From an uncultured Gallionellaceae bacterium (GTDB taxonomy: Bacteria; Pseudomonadota; Gammaproteobacteria; Burkholderiales; Gallionellaceae), in NCBI GenBank assembly GCA_964571195.1, contig CAZNAD010000010.1:10029-74028 (forward strand): a stretch of 64,000 nucleotides of DNA. The letters are read 5' to 3'. Shown one piece after another: positions 9,292 through 18,150 of the stretch; within the stretch, counting starts at the first letter, position 1, and the number at the start of each line of letters is the position of its first letter. Position numbers and translations under genes: made by a program. The notes below the pieces were generated by a model. The model was not told the origin of the DNA and made no database searches. It was given only the letters and a program-made list of their open reading frames with translations.

Positions 9292-12243
9292 CTACTTACC
9301 CACGCCCACCAACGGGAAGTCGCTCAATCCACCCGGTGCAATACTCACCGGCGTTTGCTGCCCGTGGGTCAAACTTTTCACGCGACCATCCACATAAAAG
9401 TCCAAGCCCTTCACCGTCACCACGCCGCTGTTGTAGGCATCTGCTTTGCCGAACAATCCCTCAACCACCGACTTGGTGAATGCGCCATTGCCCCAACTAT
9501 CATTCTCTTGCGACAACTGTCCTGCTGACGATGCCGTGAACACCACCGCGCCATTTTCAGCCGAAGCCAAGTCGTTCACAAAGCCGCTGGTGCGCACATT
9601 GCCCATCACTCCGCCGGAATAGCAGGTGTCGATAAAGAACACCGTATGCCCCGGCAAGTTGGCGAAGGTTTGCTTGATCTCGCTTTGCGATACACCCGTG
9701 CGAGCCAGCTTGTCCGGGTCGGCGTTGTGCGGCATGAAGTAATACCCGCCCAGCTTGTCATTCATCCCGTGACCGGCTACGAACATCACCCCCACATCAT
9801 TCGCGGAGACATTTTGTTTGAGCCAATCTAAACCATCCAGCACATCATCCTTGGTAGCCTTGTCATCGGTGAGCAGCTTCACCGTAACATCGCTATACAG
9901 TTTTCCTTTCTGCCCCTTCAGCGAATTCACAAAGTCATTCGCATCTTTTGATGCCAGCCCTAAGTTATATTCCGGGTTGGCGTATTTCGACACGCCCACC
10001 GCCAGTACATACAGCTTGGGTTTGCTGGAAGCAGTTTGTTTAGCTGTGGCTTTGTTGCCAGCAAGCTGCAAACGCAAAATGGCGGGCGTGGAAGTGCTGA
10101 ATTTATTTTCTGCGAAGAGTTGAATTTCTACTTCCTGTGATGAAGATGCGGCATCACCTGAAGAGGCTTGTCCGGTTCTTTTCAATGCCCGTGTGGCGGA
10201 TTGAATTCCAGCCTCGGGAATGGTTACTTCGATTTCTTTCACATCATCAGATGTATTGTCAGCCACTCGCTTCAACGCTCGCGTATCCGATTGCAGCAGC
10301 CCATTCACCCGCACCCTCATCGCGGTGACGGGGGCATCGGCAGCAGTGCGTACATGGTAGCGCACCGTGATCTTGCCGGATTGAACGGTAGTGTCTGATG
10401 ACGGAGAAACAATCTCCACCACCGGCGGCAACACTTGCGCAATGGCAGTGACGGCTTGTGTGCGACGACCAGATGCTTCATTGGCGAGGCGCACAGCTTC
10501 CGCTTCGTCTTGCGTTTCCAGCACTTTGCTCAAGACATCGGGGCGATAGAAGCGGTCACGGAAACGCGAAGCGGGGAAAAAATCTGCTTCATGGTCTTTG
10601 CCGTTGTTGACATGCCAGCCGATCAAGCCTTCCGCACCGGGCGAGGCGTCGTAATAACCGGAAGGCGTCCACAGCACCCAGCGCTTTTTATCCGCATGGG
10701 GAAAGAAGGCGAGTTGCTCCACCCCATCGGAAGCGCGATGCCAGCGTATCGTGCCGTCGCCGTAAGCCGCCACCACCCAGCGCCCGTCGGCGGACACGTT
10801 CACCGCCCATACCGAGCCGCCCGGCGAGGGCATTTGCCAGCGTTGGTTGCCGTTGCGGTCGAACAGGCGCAAGAGCCATGTCGTCCCTAGCGCAAAGCCG
10901 CTGCCGTCCGGCAACAGGGCGAGACTGCGCGAGGTTTCATATTGCTCAAGCGAGAGAGGCGTGCCGTTGAGCTTGGGCGCGGTGGTTTCTTCCCAGTCGG
11001 TGACGTTGATGCCCGCTGCACTCAGGAGGGGCGGCTGTAGCCCGGCGGTGTCGTCGGGCAGTATTTGTTTGCGCAGGCTGTCGAATACGACGGGAGCTTT
11101 GCCATTCCATTCATAGCCGAAGCGCACCTGTGCGCCATCGGCGGACAGGGTGAAACCTTCATACATGGCGCGAAAATCCGCCAGTACTGGCGCATGGCGC
11201 AACAACATTTGCCCCTGTCTATCCACCACGCCCCAAGAGGGTTCACCTGCGCCAAACGCCAAGCGCCCGCCGGGCAGAGGCAACAAGTCCATCACCGTAC
11301 TATCCGCCACCGGAATATCCTGCACCGTGTTGCCCTGCCAGTGGCGGATGTAATCTCGTGATTCCCCGTCGAATGGCTTTTGCGCCTGCCCCGCCGCCGC
11401 CAGCCCCTGCGCTGTCCAGGCGACGCTGCTCAACTTTGCATTCACCCCTGCCGTATCGGGCGCATCAAGCAAAGACAAATCCGCCGCGTCCAGCAGGTTC
11501 ACCGCCGGGGTGTCATCAAACCCCAGCGCGATGCGCTTGCCGTCGGGCGAGAAGCGCGCGGCATAGGGCCGCGTCCCCCCCGGTGCGCTGCGCTTGGCGA
11601 GCAGGTTTAAGGTGTTGCCGTCCCAGCGATACAGGCGCACAAAGCCGTCAAAACTGGTGCTGACCAGCCTGCCGTCGCGGCTGAACTGCACCGAGTAGCT
11701 GTCGCTGCCGTAGTCCGTGTCTTGTGCCAGCAGGCGACCCTCGGCCACGGAGAACAGGCGGATGCCATTATTACCATGCAAACTCGCCGCCAGCGTGCGC
11801 CCATCCGGGGCGTAGGCCAGATGGTGAATCACATTGGGCAAGCCGCTGAGGCGGCGCAGCAAACGCCCACTGGCGCGGTCGAGCAGGAAGATGGAATCGC
11901 CCGCTTCGCCCACTTGCGTCCATCCCCCCAGCGCCACGGTTTTGCCGTCAGGCGATAACGCTACCGCATACAGCTTGCCTTCGTCACCGCTACCGATGGG
12001 AATGCGCAAGGTGTTGAGCAAGCGCCCGTCGCGCAAGTTCCACACCTTGGCAGTTTTGTCGTGGGATGCCGTCACCAGATAGCGCCCTTGTGCATCGCTG
12101 GCAATGCGCCCAATCTTCGCCGTGTGTTCGCCGGGGTCGATGCGCAATATGGGTTCGCTGGGTGGTTCGCCAGCATGGGCGGCAACGGATGAGGCCAGCG
12201 CGGTGATGGCAAATAGAAATTTGAAGTGTGAAATTAAGGGCAT
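9292..12243 (-). CDS. Exported WD40-repeat / Ig-like linker / caspase (peptidase C14) fusion protein, copy A
   Basis: 983 aa. Signal peptide (..VAAHA|GE). WD40-like repeats (SHDKTAKVWNL, YGDGTIRWHRA). C-terminal caspase dyad motifs VMFVAGHGMND and VFFIDTCYSGG. Confidence 0.85.
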   Translation of the reverse strand: MPLISHFKFLFAITALASSVAAHAGEPPSEPILRIDPGEHTAKIGRIASDAQGRYLVTASHDKTAKVWNLRDGRLLNTLRIPIGSGDEGKLYAVALSPDGKTVALGGWTQVGEAGDSIFLLDRASGRLLRRLSGLPNVIHHLAYAPDGRTLAASLHGNNGIRLFSVAEGRLLAQDTDYGSDSYSVQFSRDGRLVSTSFDGFVRLYRWDGNTLNLLAKRSAPGGTRPYAARFSPDGKRIALGFDDTPAVNLLDAADLSLLDAPDTAGVNAKLSSVAWTAQGLAAAGQAQKPFDGESRDYIRHWQGNTVQDIPVADSTVMDLLPLPGGRLAFGAGEPSWGVVDRQGQMLLRHAPVLADFRAMYEGFTLSADGAQVRFGYEWNGKAPVVFDSLRKQILPDDTAGLQPPLLSAAGINVTDWEETTAPKLNGTPLSLEQYETSRSLALLPDGSGFALGTTWLLRLFDRNGNQRWQMPSPGGSVWAVNVSADGRWVVAAYGDGTIRWHRASDGVEQLAFFPHADKKRWVLWTPSGYYDASPGAEGLIGWHVNNGKDHEADFFPASRFRDRFYRPDVLSKVLETQDEAEAVRLANEASGRRTQAVTAIAQVLPPVVEIVSPSSDTTVQSGKITVRYHVRTAADAPVTAMRVRVNGLLQSDTRALKRVADNTSDDVKEIEVTIPEAGIQSATRALKRTGQASSGDAASSSQEVEIQLFAENKFSTSTPAILRLQLAGNKATAKQTASSKPKLYVLAVGVSKYANPEYNLGLASKDANDFVNSLKGQKGKLYSDVTVKLLTDDKATKDDVLDGLDWLKQNVSANDVGVMFVAGHGMNDKLGGYYFMPHNADPDKLARTGVSQSEIKQTFANLPGHTVFFIDTCYSGGVMGNVRTSGFVNDLASAENGAVVFTASSAGQLSQENDSWGNGAFTKSVVEGLFGKADAYNSGVVTVKGLDFYVDGRVKSLTHGQQTPVSIAPGGLSDFPLVGVGK

Positions 12244-12489
12244 GGAAACCTCTTTGCATTACTGTGATTTGTATTTCACTTCGCAAAATCCAAACAAGTG
12301 AGCTTGAATACGTCTTTGTTTGGTAATCAATGATGCTTCCCGAATAACAGTAATGGATTCCGGGTTGGGCTGTCAAAGCGGGTGGCAAGCAATTTATTTA
12401 AGCATTGGCTAGTTCGCATCCCGCAATAAGGGCTTCTGAACAAATTGTTCTAAATATAGGGTTCAGCGATCCGAGCGCAGCACTCCCCT

Positions 12490-13083
12490 TTATTGCCCCG
12501 CAGTATGGCCAATCAGCTGTTTAAGACCTTCTTCATTACCACTTAGAAAAATCTTTCCTGCTTCAAGAAAGTGACGCAGACATTCATCCCCTGCGATGTA
12601 TTTTTTTCTGAATTCGTTTGCCGAGTACAACATTGGCTTGATCTCTCGTCGCAACATCGCTTTCGCCGGATACAAAACCTTGTCGATTTCAACTGATGGA
12701 AAGTTGCTCACTACGAGTACATGAATATCCCCCGCCGCAGACTTTGCTTCTTTTTCTGAAATAAACGCCAAGCAAATTCGATCTGAGCAGGGCTCCAATA
12801 TTTCGCGAAGCACATCCACTGTGCCCAGTGTTTTTCGCAACAAATCGCGCAATTCCACGAAGATCGGGCAGCGTGTGTTGGCAGAATAATCTATCTGCCG
12901 CCCCAGTTCTTTTCTTATCAGTAGCCCATATTCCGCCAGTTTCGCCAATTCCTTATGGGCGACACTGAGCGAAATTCCTGTCATGCGTGATATCTCTGCC
13001 GAACTGAAAGACTCGTCAGAACGCAAGAGCAATACCCCGAGCGCGCGGGAACGTGAACTACCTAATAATAACGAAGCCAGCAT
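12490..13083 (-). CDS. Winged-helix (ArsR-like) plus degenerate nucleotidyltransferase-like domain protein
   Basis: N-terminal wHTH (FSSAEISRMTGISLSVAHKELAKLAEYGLL). The C-terminal AAGDIHVLVV resembles the minimal NTase G-x-D-x-D motif but with His in place of the second Asp. ATG at 13083 (the ORF track uses TTG at 13095). Confidence 0.55.
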   Translation of the reverse strand: MLASLLLGSSRSRALGVLLLRSDESFSSAEISRMTGISLSVAHKELAKLAEYGLLIRKELGRQIDYSANTRCPIFVELRDLLRKTLGTVDVLREILEPCSDRICLAFISEKEAKSAAGDIHVLVVSNFPSVEIDKVLYPAKAMLRREIKPMLYSANEFRKKYIAGDECLRHFLEAGKIFLSGNEEGLKQLIGHTAGQ

Positions 13084-13085
13084 AT

Positions 13086-13217
13086 TTACAGACAAACCTT
13101 TTTCCGTTTTTTGTCACGAGGCTCTTCATACTTGCAGTACACGTAGTAAATCACCCATGCCAGCAATGACAGCGTAGCGATATTTAATCCGATAAGAACC
13201 CAATTCAATAAATTCAT
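13086..13217 (-). CDS. Hypothetical 43-aa single-TM peptide abutting the wHTH gene
   Basis: Hand translation gives MNLLNWVLIGLNIATLSLLAWVIYYVYCKYEEPRDKKRKKVCL. Its TAA stop lies 2 nt before the ATG of the next gene (TAAATATG). Confidence 0.3.
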   Translation of the reverse strand: MNLLNWVLIGLNIATLSLLAWVIYYVYCKYEEPRDKKRKKVCL

Positions 13218-13484
13218 GATGGCCTGGCAAATTTTCCCCGGTTACATATGGTAAAAAAATGCTGAGTTATTCAACTTTATCGCCCCAGAGGCGGGAATCT
13301 TTAGCGCTGATTCCAAGGGCATGCCCCACCCATACAAGATGCACTTTATATGCATCAGACACCGGCCACATCATCCAAATGGGGTATATCCCCAAATTTC
13401 GCTGCTGAATTCGGCTATGATTCCGCCGCGATTTGTTCGACAGACACCATCAGAGTGTCGCTTTAAGTCAAAACAGGGGGAGAT

Positions 13485-14333
13485 ATGGGGCAACAGGAAG
13501 TCACTACAGGGAGCTTGTCGGTTCGTCTGCCAGACGGTCGGCGTTTGGGGTATGCGGAATATGGTGTGCCTCATGGCAGGCCGGTGCTGTTTTTTCATGG
13601 CGCGCCGGGTTCGGCTTATGTGCATGCGGATATGGCTGAGATCGCGGCACAACGTGGCGTGCGGCTGATCGGAGTAGATCGCCCCGGATATGGGGTGTCG
13701 GATGTACATCAGAGCCACAGCTTTTTAAGCTGGGCGGACGATGTTGCCGCATTCACAGCTGCACTGGGCATTGCCCGGTTTTCTATCATCGGGTTTTCAG
13801 CGGGGACGCCGTATGCACTTGCCTGTGCATTTAAATTCCCGGATAGGGTCAAACAGGTTGTCTTGGTTGGTGCAATTGTCCCCGGTGTCACTGAGGGTGT
13901 GCCGCCGCTGGTCTGCGGACTTTATGCGCTGGCTCAAACCAATCCAGATGAGTTGAGAAAAACCTTTTCCGCAGTTGCGCCATCGGCATCCGCATTGCTC
14001 GGGGTGGTGTTGTCCAATGTCGCGGAAGTGGACAAGCAAATATTGCATGACCGGACTTCGGATTTCGAGCTGGAGTATGCGCGGACATTGCAGGTCGGCA
14101 TTGAAGGGGTTGCTTCGGACTATATGTTACTTGCCAACGACCAAGGCTTTTCCGTGGATGAAATCGATACCGAGGTTCATTTGTTTAGCGGAACTGTCGA
14201 TCAAAACACCCCGCCAGCCATGACGGAATTCTTCGCATCGCGACTTCCCCGCAGTCGGGTTCATCGCTTACAAGATAAGGGGCATTATATTTTGTACACG
14301 CACTGGGATGAGATATTGAAGTGTTTGAGCTAA
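13485..14333 (+). CDS. Alpha/beta-fold hydrolase
   Basis: 282 aa with HGAPGS (oxyanion region) and a nucleophile elbow GFSAG. AGGGGGAG RBS. Confidence 0.8.
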   Translation: MGQQEVTTGSLSVRLPDGRRLGYAEYGVPHGRPVLFFHGAPGSAYVHADMAEIAAQRGVRLIGVDRPGYGVSDVHQSHSFLSWADDVAAFTAALGIARFSIIGFSAGTPYALACAFKFPDRVKQVVLVGAIVPGVTEGVPPLVCGLYALAQTNPDELRKTFSAVAPSASALLGVVLSNVAEVDKQILHDRTSDFELEYARTLQVGIEGVASDYMLLANDQGFSVDEIDTEVHLFSGTVDQNTPPAMTEFFASRLPRSRVHRLQDKGHYILYTHWDEILKCLS

Positions 14334-14338
14334 GTGCG

Positions 14339-14442
14339 CGGATTTAATCCCCTCTCCTACTGGGAGAGGGAGTGCTCTTGATTCGTAGCCCTCATCCTAA
14401 CCCTCCCCCGGAGGGGGGGGGAAGCAGAAGCGATTAAATCGG
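14339..14442. repeat. REP/MITE-like palindromic element between convergent genes
   Basis: 9-bp terminal inverted repeat GATTTAATC...GATTAAATC enclosing the hairpins CCCTCTCC-tactg-GGAGAGGG and CCCCC-gga-GGGGG. Contains a G9 run (14413-14421). Confidence 0.55.
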
Positions 14443-14449
14443 CACGTCC

Positions 14450-15577
14450 CTAAGACTCGCTGATGTGAGCAAGCGTCCCTGTCGCCAGCAACATCAGCAA
14501 TTCAGACTGACTGCGTGTGTCGGTTTTGCCAAACACGGATTTGAGTTGTGTTCGTGCGGTCGAGATCGAGATGCCCAGGTCGTCTGCGGCTTCTTCAATT
14601 GTTCTGAGTGCGGCCAGTCTGGCGGCAAGCCGGGCTTCCGCCGGAGTGATTTTGTAAAGTGTGACCAGTCGCTTTGGCGACAACTGCAAGCCACCGGGTC
14701 TGGACAAAAATAGAGCGGCACACTCTGAGCTATTGGCGGAATTCAGGATGGATGCCATCTCTGGCGAAACCGGGGTGACGACGCAATGCAGAAAATCGTT
14801 CCTGCCGGGCATCGAGATACGCATGTCGCCGCCCACACCGAATGAGGTGTCCGATATCAGCTTATGCAGTTGCGCTGTTTCGGCGGGGCTGTCGCTTGTA
14901 AGTCTATGGTGAAAAATGCCCAAACCTACATCTTGCGCCATCATCAATTCTGCCGCGCGGTTCATATAGAGTGGTGTGGCGGATCGGTTCGTCAGGATCA
15001 CGCCCATACGCATCTGATCAAGCACCGTATGAGCCTGCTCTTTTTCGGCGGCCACGGTATGAAACTTGTGATGTATTTGGACGGCACGTTTAACGTGAGG
15101 CGCAAGGATGCTCATCAATTGAGCTTCTTCTTCACCAAATGCGCCATCCTGTTTGCCCCGCTGAATTCCCAATACTAATGAACGGTTGTCGTCCTTGAGC
15201 AGAATTACGCCTAGTGCATGGACTTTATCTTGGGGGCGGAGGAAGTCATTGAAGTATTCGGTCTTGCGCAACTTATGCTGATCAATATGCTGGTCGGATA
15301 TGAAGATTTTCCCCGGTGCATGTTGATTCATTACGTGGTCGAAGTAGTCCACCTTGGCGTAGTGTTCGCAGTAAGTTATTCGCCAAGCGGGGTCGTAGCC
15401 GACACTTGCGTTAAAAGTCGCCGATGCGGCTTGTGTTTCATTGGAGCGCAAAATGGCCGATGAACCGCCGAGTGCAGCTGTGAAGCTATCCAGGAATGGA
15501 GCCCACTTGCTCTCGTCGAGCGCGGCATCGTAAATCATGCCCACTAGCTGGAGTGTTTTATCGGTTGAGTCGCTCAT
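14450..15577 (-). CDS. LuxR-family transcriptional regulator (C-terminal HTH, N-terminal sensory region)
   Basis: C-terminal LuxR/GerE-type HTH (TPAEARLAARLAALRTIEEAADDLGISISTARTQLKSVFGKT). 375 aa. Confidence 0.8.
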   Translation of the reverse strand: MSDSTDKTLQLVGMIYDAALDESKWAPFLDSFTAALGGSSAILRSNETQAASATFNASVGYDPAWRITYCEHYAKVDYFDHVMNQHAPGKIFISDQHIDQHKLRKTEYFNDFLRPQDKVHALGVILLKDDNRSLVLGIQRGKQDGAFGEEEAQLMSILAPHVKRAVQIHHKFHTVAAEKEQAHTVLDQMRMGVILTNRSATPLYMNRAAELMMAQDVGLGIFHHRLTSDSPAETAQLHKLISDTSFGVGGDMRISMPGRNDFLHCVVTPVSPEMASILNSANSSECAALFLSRPGGLQLSPKRLVTLYKITPAEARLAARLAALRTIEEAADDLGISISTARTQLKSVFGKTDTRSQSELLMLLATGTLAHISES

Positions 15578-15663
15578 CGACTGTATTTGAGATTGGTGTC
15601 CGGCAAAAGATTACCAGTAATCTCGATTTTTGGTGAGGGGGCGGCGGGGGGCTGACGCACGAT

Positions 15664-15801
15664 CTATGGAAGGTCTGATTAAGTCCGTTCGTGGTGAGTG
15701 TTTCCCGTTCGCTCCCTCGATACACCGCGCAAGCGCGGCACTTGGGACGAACGGGAAACTTATCGAACCATGGTTTTCGGACTTAATCAGACCTTCCCTA
15801 T
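15664..15801. repeat. MITE-like long palindromic element with perfect 20-bp terminal inverted repeats
   Basis: GGAAGGTCTGATTAAGTCCG (15668-15687) is the exact reverse complement of 15778-15797. Inner 12-bp arms are GTTTCCCGTTCG (15700-15711) and CGAACGGGAAAC (15748-15759). Central palindrome is CCGCGCAAGCGCGG (15725-15738). Flanked by CTAT on both sides. Confidence 0.7.
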
Positions 15802-17489
15802 CCATTTATGCTCTTCTTGCCTTGCAACAGGGCTTGTGCGAATAATTGCTGCCATCCTTCGGCGGCAAGCTCGCCCCCGTGTAGGGTGGTCTGATGCACC
15901 ACATAATTGACTGCGTCGCTGTTTTTAATAAGCGAGCGATGCAGCCAAATTCTGGTTTCATTGATGAGCTGTTCGATCTCTTCCGGGGTGAAGGTCTCCG
16001 ATTCGGATAACCAGGAAACGGCAATCGTTGTATCAAATAATCCCCAGATTCCTTTTTGATCTCCATTCATCATTTCTACGCTCTTGGGAATAGAGCCGGT
16101 CTTTTTGAGTTTGGTGCACAAGCCACCGAGCATGTCGTTGGAAATGAGCTTCTGCTTGTTGTCGAAGCGAATCAATAACAGTGTTGCATGCGCCTCTTCG
16201 TTGCGTGATAACGTGGATTGCACCACGTTCTGTTCCAGCACCTTGGCAGTTGATGCGGCATAAAGTCGTGCGAGGGAGAAATAGGCGATGCCCAACATCA
16301 CTGGACCGGCCAGATTGATGTAGGTATTGGTGAAGTTGATGCAGGCGAATGAAAAAACGATCAGGATGGTTTGGGATAGTCCGAACATGCTGTCGATCTT
16401 GTCGCGCCCCTTGTCGCGATAGAACGCCCATGCGGTGAGCCAGATGATGGAAAGTGATAACAGCAGGAACCAGATTCTGCCTTCCGGGAAACGCAACGAG
16501 TCGCCGTGTTTGAGATTATCTATGGCGGTGGCCAGTATCTCGACACCGGGGAAGGTCTTGGCCATCGGGGTGGCGCTGGCATCGTACAGATTCGGGGCAG
16601 TCGAGCCGATGATGACGATCTTGTCTTTGAATTCGTTCTTGTCGCGCTCGCTATTTTTGTCGCGCAAGCTGGAATAGGCGTCTGCAAAACTGATGTGTCG
16701 GTAACTAAACGGTTGGCCGCGCCAATTTAACAGGATGTGTTCGGTGGCGGGTTCGGGCCAGTTGAATTCGCGCGCGATCCGCGCCGCCATGGAGGGCAGC
16801 CGCCAGCCGTATCCCTCGAAGTAAACGGGATAGCTGCGCAGCACACCATCCGAGTCGAGGATCACATTCTGTGTACCCAGTCGTCCTCCGGCCAATGCGG
16901 ATGGGAAGTAGGGCAGAACCATGTTGATGGCGGCATCTTCTTCGGTCGTTTCATCGGGGACGCGGGTTGCACCGGGGATTTGCGCGATTTTGATTTGCCG
17001 CAGGGTTTCGCTGGAAGAATCGAGAAACAACATCGGGAAGAAGGTGTTGCTGGTTTTTGCGATGCTGGCATCAAATGCGGCATCACTCTTAGGGTTGAAT
17101 ACATCGGCATCGCTGAACAGCACATCGAATACAACCGCTTTGGGTAGGTCTTCTTCTAGCCGCGTTACAAAGTCGCCGATCACAGAGCGCGGCCACGGCC
17201 AGCGACCGTAAGTTTTGGACATCGCTGTCAGGCTGGCTTCGTCGATGTCAATAATGACGATATCGGGGTCGGGCTGGGGCGGTGCCAGCCGGTAGCGCAC
17301 CATCAAATCGAAAGCCGCCGTGCGGATGTCGCTGGTGATGTGCAAAAAGCCGGTATCCAGCAGCGTAAATAGCGTGAATACGATAGCCAGGTACACGTAG
17401 AAATTACGCTTCCATTTGCGCGCCAGAAAATGGGTGAGATTCGCGCTGGCGAGACGTATTCGGATAAGTGCGAGGGGTTTTAGTTTCAC
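15798..17489 (-). CDS. CHASE2-domain membrane sensor with a short atypical cytoplasmic C-terminal domain
   Basis: 563 aa. N-terminal TM helix, then about 300 aa periplasmic region with CHASE2-like motifs (IVIIDIDEASL, GRWPWPR, GVLR), then 3 TM helices, then about 150 aa tail with no kinase, GGDEF or complete cyclase motifs. Confidence 0.7.
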   Translation of the reverse strand: MKLKPLALIRIRLASANLTHFLARKWKRNFYVYLAIVFTLFTLLDTGFLHITSDIRTAAFDLMVRYRLAPPQPDPDIVIIDIDEASLTAMSKTYGRWPWPRSVIGDFVTRLEEDLPKAVVFDVLFSDADVFNPKSDAAFDASIAKTSNTFFPMLFLDSSSETLRQIKIAQIPGATRVPDETTEEDAAINMVLPYFPSALAGGRLGTQNVILDSDGVLRSYPVYFEGYGWRLPSMAARIAREFNWPEPATEHILLNWRGQPFSYRHISFADAYSSLRDKNSERDKNEFKDKIVIIGSTAPNLYDASATPMAKTFPGVEILATAIDNLKHGDSLRFPEGRIWFLLLSLSIIWLTAWAFYRDKGRDKIDSMFGLSQTILIVFSFACINFTNTYINLAGPVMLGIAYFSLARLYAASTAKVLEQNVVQSTLSRNEEAHATLLLIRFDNKQKLISNDMLGGLCTKLKKTGSIPKSVEMMNGDQKGIWGLFDTTIAVSWLSESETFTPEEIEQLINETRIWLHRSLIKNSDAVNYVVHQTTLHGGELAAEGWQQLFAQALLQGKKSING

Positions 17490-17535
17490 TTTAGACGGAG
17501 ATCAGTAGGGGCGTCTCAGAAATCGTTAAAAATGC

Positions 17536-18150
17536 TTATATGCCTAAAGACATGAGCAAATATACATGATCGACTGACAATTTTGGACTTAACTGGGTGT
17601 CAGCCTCATAACGTTCAAATCCCAAACGAAATAAAGGTTGGTTCGCATTTGTGGTGTGGAATGATACGCCGCTTCCCCAGATCAATGAATTTGAACCCGC
17701 GTAACTTTCTCCTCCCGTGCAGGTGGTGCAAGAGATCAAGGTGTAAAGCCCATTGACGGTGCCAAGCTTGCCAAACACTCGCCAGCTATCACTAACTGGG
17801 ATATATCCAATCGCGGACAGGCTGGTGCTGAGCAAAGATGCGCTGGCAATTTGGGTGTTTCTGCTGTTGTTGTCGGAATAAATTTTCCAGTCGGTATAAG
17901 CGACGCCCGTTTCGAGGGCGAGGTATTTGTTGGGCTGGTAGCCCAAGATTCCCGCGTACGAATTTCCCGGCAAATAGGTGACCGTATTGCGTGTTGGGAA
18001 AGTGCCGCCTAATGCAATGCCGCCATAAAGCGATGTGCCAGCCGCTACGTCGGCTGAAATCGCCAGCATAAAGGCGGCGGCAACAGCGGAGTTTTGTACC
18101 CGCAGACGGAGAAAGAGGCTGATTTTATTCAAGATATGGGGCGTATGCAC
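17536..18150 (-). CDS. Small outer-membrane beta-barrel protein (OmpW/OmpA-barrel-like)
   Basis: 204 aa. Signal peptide (..ADVAAG). Alternating amphipathic Gly/Tyr-rich strands (LYGGIALGG, ALETGVAYTDWKIY). Confidence 0.65.
   Translation of the reverse strand: MHTPHILNKISLFLRLRVQNSAVAAAFMLAISADVAAGTSLYGGIALGGTFPTRNTVTYLPGNSYAGILGYQPNKYLALETGVAYTDWKIYSDNNSRNTQIASASLLSTSLSAIGYIPVSDSWRVFGKLGTVNGLYTLISCTTCTGGESYAGSNSLIWGSGVSFHTTNANQPLFRLGFERYEADTQLSPKLSVDHVYLLMSLGI

Noticed and set aside
9292-12243. WD40-caspase proteins as cytoplasmic STAND/NLR-like abortive-infection effectors.
   Set aside because: There is no NACHT/AAA ATPase domain. Both copies have N-terminal signal peptides, and their neighbours are lipoproteins or exported proteins. 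This argues for an envelope function instead.
13321-13718. Paired 115-aa ORFs on both strands upstream of and overlapping the alpha/beta hydrolase gene.
   Set aside because: They overlap the well-supported hydrolase CDS and its promoter region, their composition is not protein-like, and they have no RBS. The GATGCA-N7-TGCATC palindrome at 13347-13365 may be an operator, but I could not support it further.
15611-15845. Two mirror-image ORFs (64 and 71 aa) on opposite strands.
   Set aside because: Both arise from translating the palindromic MITE-like element. The similarity of their peptides simply reflects the inverted repeat.
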